From positions 108,516-128,515 of the IMG/VR virus record IMGVR_UViG_3300027278_000006: 20,000 bases of DNA; one strand, 5' to 3'. Below the pieces are notes generated by a model, which ran no database searches, had not been told where the DNA came from, and was given only the letters and a program-made list of their open reading frames with translations. Below are positions 17,039-20,000 of the stretch, one piece after another (position 1 is the first letter of the stretch; every line of letters begins with the position of its first letter). Origin of the DNA: an uncultured virus (IMG/VR IMGVR_UViG_3300027278_000006). Lineage: Duplodnaviria; Heunggongvirae; Uroviricota; Caudoviricetes. The position numbers and the translations under genes were made by a program.

Positions 17039-17947
17039 TTATGCGACCTGAAACCTCCCGTGATTGAAGTTAGCATAGCTGAAGACCTCACGATTGACCA
17101 GTTTGAACATACCAAACTCATTGGTCATCACATAACCCTCAGAATCAATACGGTTGCCGTTGATGTATGCTGCGGGACCACTATTGCGGCACAGGAACAA
17201 ACAATCATCTTTGATTGACTTCACTAGTGCCCACAGTCCAATCAGTTTAGGGTCACAATCAAAGTCCTCAAACGTTTGGGCAATGATAGCATCACCGGCA
17301 CGAATACAGGCATTCAGTTGTTTCTTAATCTTTGCTGCTTGCTTGTCAGAAACAAACTCTACAGCAAGTGCCATAGCACGGGTAAACTTTACCACTTCCT
17401 CAACATCAGCGAAGGACTCCTGATTGTGAAGGATATAAGTATCTGGTTTGACAAACTTTACGCTGTCGGTATCATTCCATATGGCACGGTCAGGCATTGC
17501 AACCGCATCACGAATGTCGCTCTCGGCATAATAGCAAGTGTGGGGTGCGATGATAATAGTCTGCCGCACAATCTCAGAAAACTTATAAGTGATGGTGTTC
17601 GGAGTATACTCATTAGAACCACCAAACCCGATGAAGTCTCCCTGATAGATTGTCTCTGTACGGGGCAGATACTTAAGACATGCCGCTAGAATCTCAATCA
17701 GTGCGGGTTGCTCACCATACAGAGCAAACACATCTTCTTGAGTATAACAGATTTTGATTTTGACTTTGTTGAAGACACTTTTGGTGCCAACAAAGAACTT
17801 ACCGTTGGCAGGATTCGTGCCCCAAACAATAGCAGGCGCTCCGTCAATCTTTACACTTAGGGTGCCGGGATTCACGAACCAATCCAGAACGGTCAGGTCC
17901 CCGGTCAGGATAGAATCTTCGGGGTGTTCGAGGTGGGTGTTTTTCAT
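17039..17947 (-). CDS. Nucleotidyltransferase/RNA-ligase-fold protein (DUF6267-like), 302 aa
   Basis: KNTHLEHPED N-terminus. SVKIDGAP (KxDG motif I), YQGDF, EGYV and FKLV occur in the order of ligase motifs I, III, IV, V. Confidence 0.65.
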   Translation of the reverse strand: MKNTHLEHPEDSILTGDLTVLDWFVNPGTLSVKIDGAPAIVWGTNPANGKFFVGTKSVFNKVKIKICYTQEDVFALYGEQPALIEILAACLKYLPRTETIYQGDFIGFGGSNEYTPNTITYKFSEIVRQTIIIAPHTCYYAESDIRDAVAMPDRAIWNDTDSVKFVKPDTYILHNQESFADVEEVVKFTRAMALAVEFVSDKQAAKIKKQLNACIRAGDAIIAQTFEDFDCDPKLIGLWALVKSIKDDCLFLCRNSGPAAYINGNRIDSEGYVMTNEFGMFKLVNREVFSYANFNHGRFQVA

Positions 17948-18013
17948 ACTGTTATTATAAGGGGTCAGGAGGGGGTCTGGGGGGAACCTTGTGCCAGTTC
18001 CCCGAGTGGCACT

Positions 18014-18331
18014 CTATGCCAGACGCATACCTGAGAAGAAAGGAATTACGCCGTTTCCAGCATAATTTAGGAACCACTGTCCTTTCTTCTGGAATACACA
18101 TTCGCCCTTAATCCCGTGAACCTGAAGAATAGCATTCAGGCGGGATTTGGTTGTATTAGACTGCCATCCACCATCAAACAATCGGACGAAATTATCACCA
18201 ACCTCGGCAATCTTGTTGCCGTGAAGCAATACAACAGCGATGCCATCTGCCTGCACAACGTTAGTATTAGCAGAACGAAAATCAGTGCCGTTGGTGATGG
18301 CATCGTTCATCAGGGATTCAATCTTACGCAT
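18014..18331 (-). CDS. Cyanophage-type early hypothetical protein, 105 aa (MRKIESLMNDAI...LHGNKIA...DGGWQSNTTKSRLNA)
   Basis: Start re-assigned to the ATG after the class II leader. Confidence 0.8.
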   Translation of the reverse strand: MRKIESLMNDAITNGTDFRSANTNVVQADGIAVVLLHGNKIAEVGDNFVRLFDGGWQSNTTKSRLNAILQVHGIKGECVFQKKGQWFLNYAGNGVIPFFSGMRLA

Positions 18332-18401
18332 TTGGTGGGGTTGCTTGGTATGAATCAATTATAAGGGGTCAGGGGGGGCAGCGGAACCCCCTCTGTGCCA
18401 C

Positions 18402-18626
18402 TTAGGCAACTGGCACAGCAGTTGCTGATTCTAACAAACCCTGAGCATATTCATCATCATAAATCTCTTTAATCTCATTCACAATTTGCTCTTCAGTATA
18501 AGTCTCATACTCACGAACAAGTAAGTCAAAGGCAATAGTTGAAAGTTGGTCTACATCTAAACCCTCTACAATATCAGAAACATAGTTCTCAACGAACTGG
18601 GCGAATTGTGCTTTGTTAAGTGTCAT
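18402..18626 (-). CDS. Acidic hypothetical protein, 74 aa
   Basis: ORF track. Follows the class II leader at about 18635-18655. Confidence 0.75.
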   Translation of the reverse strand: MTLNKAQFAQFVENYVSDIVEGLDVDQLSTIAFDLLVREYETYTEEQIVNEIKEIYDDEYAQGLLESATAVPVA

Positions 18627-18714
18627 TTGGATTTGTTTGGTATGAATGTAGAATAACAGGATTGAAGCAGGAAGTCTAGGGGTCTTGTGTCACCTTATCA
18701 ACTGTCACATAGTA

Positions 18715-18960
18715 TCATTGAATCTGCTTAAGTTCTGCTTCAATAGCATCAGCAATCTCAGTGTAAATGTGGTCATATTCATCTAATTGATGAAGCACAG
18801 TTTCGGCAATCTCACGACTCACAGGGTCGGGATTACCATTCTCATCCATTACAAATACATCCTCATTTGTGTAGATCCAGTAAGCAACAGGAGCATCATT
18901 ACCCTGTTGTTCAATCAAATGCTCAACGGATTCTTTGAGTTGTTGTAGAGTTCGTGCCAT
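18715..18960 (-). CDS. Acidic hypothetical protein, 81 aa
   Basis: ORF track. TAATG coupling to the upstream ORF. Confidence 0.75.
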   Translation of the reverse strand: MARTLQQLKESVEHLIEQQGNDAPVAYWIYTNEDVFVMDENGNPDPVSREIAETVLHQLDEYDHIYTEIADAIEAELKQIQ

Positions 18961-19136
18961 TAGTTGTCTCCGAAGTTGTTAGTGAGAAAGTCGTCAAGTT
19001 CAGTCAGGTCAGTATCACTCAACCGAGTGATATATTCTGTGATGATTGTTGCTAATAGGTCGGAATCTTTGAGGCAGGATTCATACAACAACTCTTCACG
19101 TTCAGAGTTAAAGTTTGGTGCTACGCTGTAAGTCAT
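18960..19136 (-). CDS. Acidic hypothetical protein, 58 aa (MTYSVAPNFNSEREELL...)
   Basis: Start re-assigned to the ATG in TAATG overlap with the upstream stop. Confidence 0.7.
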   Translation of the reverse strand: MTYSVAPNFNSEREELLYESCLKDSDLLATIITEYITRLSDTDLTELDDFLTNNFGDN

Positions 19137-19375
19137 TAGTGAGTGTTGAGAACGTGAACGAAATCCAGAGAACAGACACACCAACCGGCATAATCTGTCA
19201 CCTCTTCAACTAGAGCATCGGCAACGACTTCATCATCATAACCATCATCAACTTCAACCTCAAAGACATTACCAAGCACATCATCTAGAACTGCTTGTTG
19301 CTCTTCGGGGGTGAAGTCTAAGTCATCAAAATCAAACTGAACTTCAGTAACTTGGAGAGTGAGGGTTGCCATCAT
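19136..19375 (-). CDS. Highly acidic hypothetical protein, 79 aa
   Basis: ORF track with start at the TGATG overlap. D/E-rich with no K or R. Confidence 0.75.
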   Translation of the reverse strand: MMATLTLQVTEVQFDFDDLDFTPEEQQAVLDDVLGNVFEVEVDDGYDDEVVADALVEEVTDYAGWCVCSLDFVHVLNTH

Positions 19376-19545
19376 CAATTAGAGGGAAAGTTAGCACAAA
19401 CAGAATCACACAGAGTTTTTATCAATTCATTCTGTGTATTAACGTATTCATCACCCCAGGTATCCCAAAACAACGATTCAACGATACATTCAATGTCGCT
19501 CATAAGTTGTTCACGAGCACTCAACATTTCAAGTTTGGGATTCAT
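19375..19545 (-). CDS. Hypothetical protein, 56 aa (MNPKLEMLSAREQLMSDIECIVES...LCDSVCANFPSN)
   Basis: Translated by hand. ATGA and TGATG overlaps with both neighbours. Confidence 0.7.
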   Translation of the reverse strand: MNPKLEMLSAREQLMSDIECIVESLFWDTWGDEYVNTQNELIKTLCDSVCANFPSN

Positions 19546-19670
19546 TTCCTTAGGGGAGAATTGAAGTAGGAACGAAACACCGAAACCACGATGATTGCGG
19601 TACTGATGACACCAATCAAACCCAGGTAGGTTACGGCATCACCAGTGAAATTGTAAGAGTCAGGTGTCAT
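19542..19670 (-). CDS. Single-pass membrane microprotein, 42 aa (MTPDSYNFTGDAVTYLGLIGVISTAIIVVSVFRSYFNSPLRK)
   Basis: Translated by hand. One ~20-aa hydrophobic stretch followed by a basic tail. Tightly packed between neighbours. Confidence 0.7.
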   Translation of the reverse strand: MTPDSYNFTGDAVTYLGLIGVISTAIIVVSVFRSYFNSPLRK

Positions 19671-19672
19671 GA

Positions 19673-19879
19673 TTAATTAGCAACTAGGGCGAGGTTAGCA
19701 ACACGATCTTCAGGAACAAACTCCTGAAGTTTATTAGAAATGAGTTCAAATTGTTGAATCATATTTTGATAATAAGCAGCACCTTGAAGGTCTCCATCAT
19801 CATACACTCCTTCTTCTACAAGTTGAAGAGCAGAGATAATATCATACAATTCGCCAGATGTGAAAGAAATCGTAGTCAT
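19673..19879 (-). CDS. Hypothetical protein, 68 aa (MTTISFTSGELYDIISAL...)
   Basis: Start re-assigned to 19879 because the upstream ORF stops at 19881. Confidence 0.7.
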   Translation of the reverse strand: MTTISFTSGELYDIISALQLVEEGVYDDGDLQGAAYYQNMIQQFELISNKLQEFVPEDRVANLALVAN

Positions 19880-19880
19880 T

Positions 19881-20000
19881 TCAGTAATCAATGTTAGAGT
19901 TGAGGTAGTCATTTAGATTGAACTTTTCTTCATCAAGTTCACGAAGTTCGGGCAGGTCAAATATCTCACCGGGAGCATCAGCAATCTCACTCCAGAGTTC
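19881..20000 (-). CDS. C-terminal part of a small acidic protein (...ELWSEIADAPGEIFDLPELRELDEEKFNLNDYLNSNIDY)
   Basis: Translated by hand. Open to the window edge, stop 1 nt before the next ATG. Confidence 0.65.
   Translation of the reverse strand, partial: ELWSEIADAPGEIFDLPELRELDEEKFNLNDYLNSNIDY

Larger units (their letters stand above)
14971..18709 (-). repeat. Class II early promoter repeat, 9 copies: palindrome - GC inverted repeat - CCCCTTATAATTGATTCATACCAAAC
   Basis: -10 boxes start at 14971 (TAGACT), 15539, 15811, 16088, 16325, 16987, 17954, 18358 (TATAAT) and 18650 (TATTCT). 15510-15558 and 15782-15830 match at 47 of 49 nt. Each copy is directly upstream of an ORF. Confidence 0.9.

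Noticed and set aside
15512..18358. Shared N-terminal peptide MIHTKQP on three track ORFs
   Set aside because: Artefact of translating the repeated promoter/leader from a TTG that overlaps the -10 box.
15510..18370. CRISPR array suggested by the repeated ~25-nt TGGTATGAATCAATTATAAGGGG
   Set aside because: Intervening sequences are 200-950 nt, variable in length and are ORFs. The repeat contains a -10 box and no cas genes are present.
15008..18416. Sigma54 promoters (TGGCAC -24 box)
   Set aside because: No TTGC -12 element at the required spacing. The motif is half of a palindrome tied to a sigma70 -10, and cyanobacteria lack sigma54.
15575..18709. Canonical CRP or NtcA sites
   Set aside because: Spacing does not fit TGTGA-N6-TCACA or GTA-N8-TAC.
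13425..18710. Integron attC cassette array
   Set aside because: No RYYYAAC...GTTRRRY bounded sites recognised, no integrase in the window, and each cassette carries its own promoter.
13013..19569. Plus-strand and alternative-frame ORFs in the GC-rich region (e.g. 13101-13457, 14572-15003, 14595-14909, 15821-16138, 17276-17689)
   Set aside because: They cross promoter modules and overlap better-supported minus-strand genes. Long open frames are expected at high GC.

Overview
Fragment of a T4-like cyanomyovirus genome with all real genes on the minus strand, in two sharply different halves. (1) 1-~13070 is an AT-rich core/late region. It holds a giant (>2746 aa, runs off the window) gp7-type baseplate wedge initiator missed by the ORF track, baseplate gp6 and gp25, an AdoMetDC/SpeD-family decarboxylase, a PRTase-like protein, a GT2-like protein, an AbrB-like protein and several small ORFs, with T4 late-promoter motifs. 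(2) ~13070-20000 is a GC-richer early-gene region of about two dozen mostly tiny ORFs, including KTSC-like, MutH/Sau3AI-like and ligase-fold proteins. Between 13450 and 18710 these form an array of roughly one-gene cassettes behind 15 repeated promoter modules in two classes. Class II modules carry a TGTGNCA-N10-TGNCACA palindrome 31 nt upstream of the -10 box, a sequence-variable GC-rich inverted repeat over the -35 position, and an SD-less A/C-rich leader. A compact H-type pseudoknot sits in the one promoter-less intergenic gap of the array. All family calls come from motif recognition by eye, not database searches.
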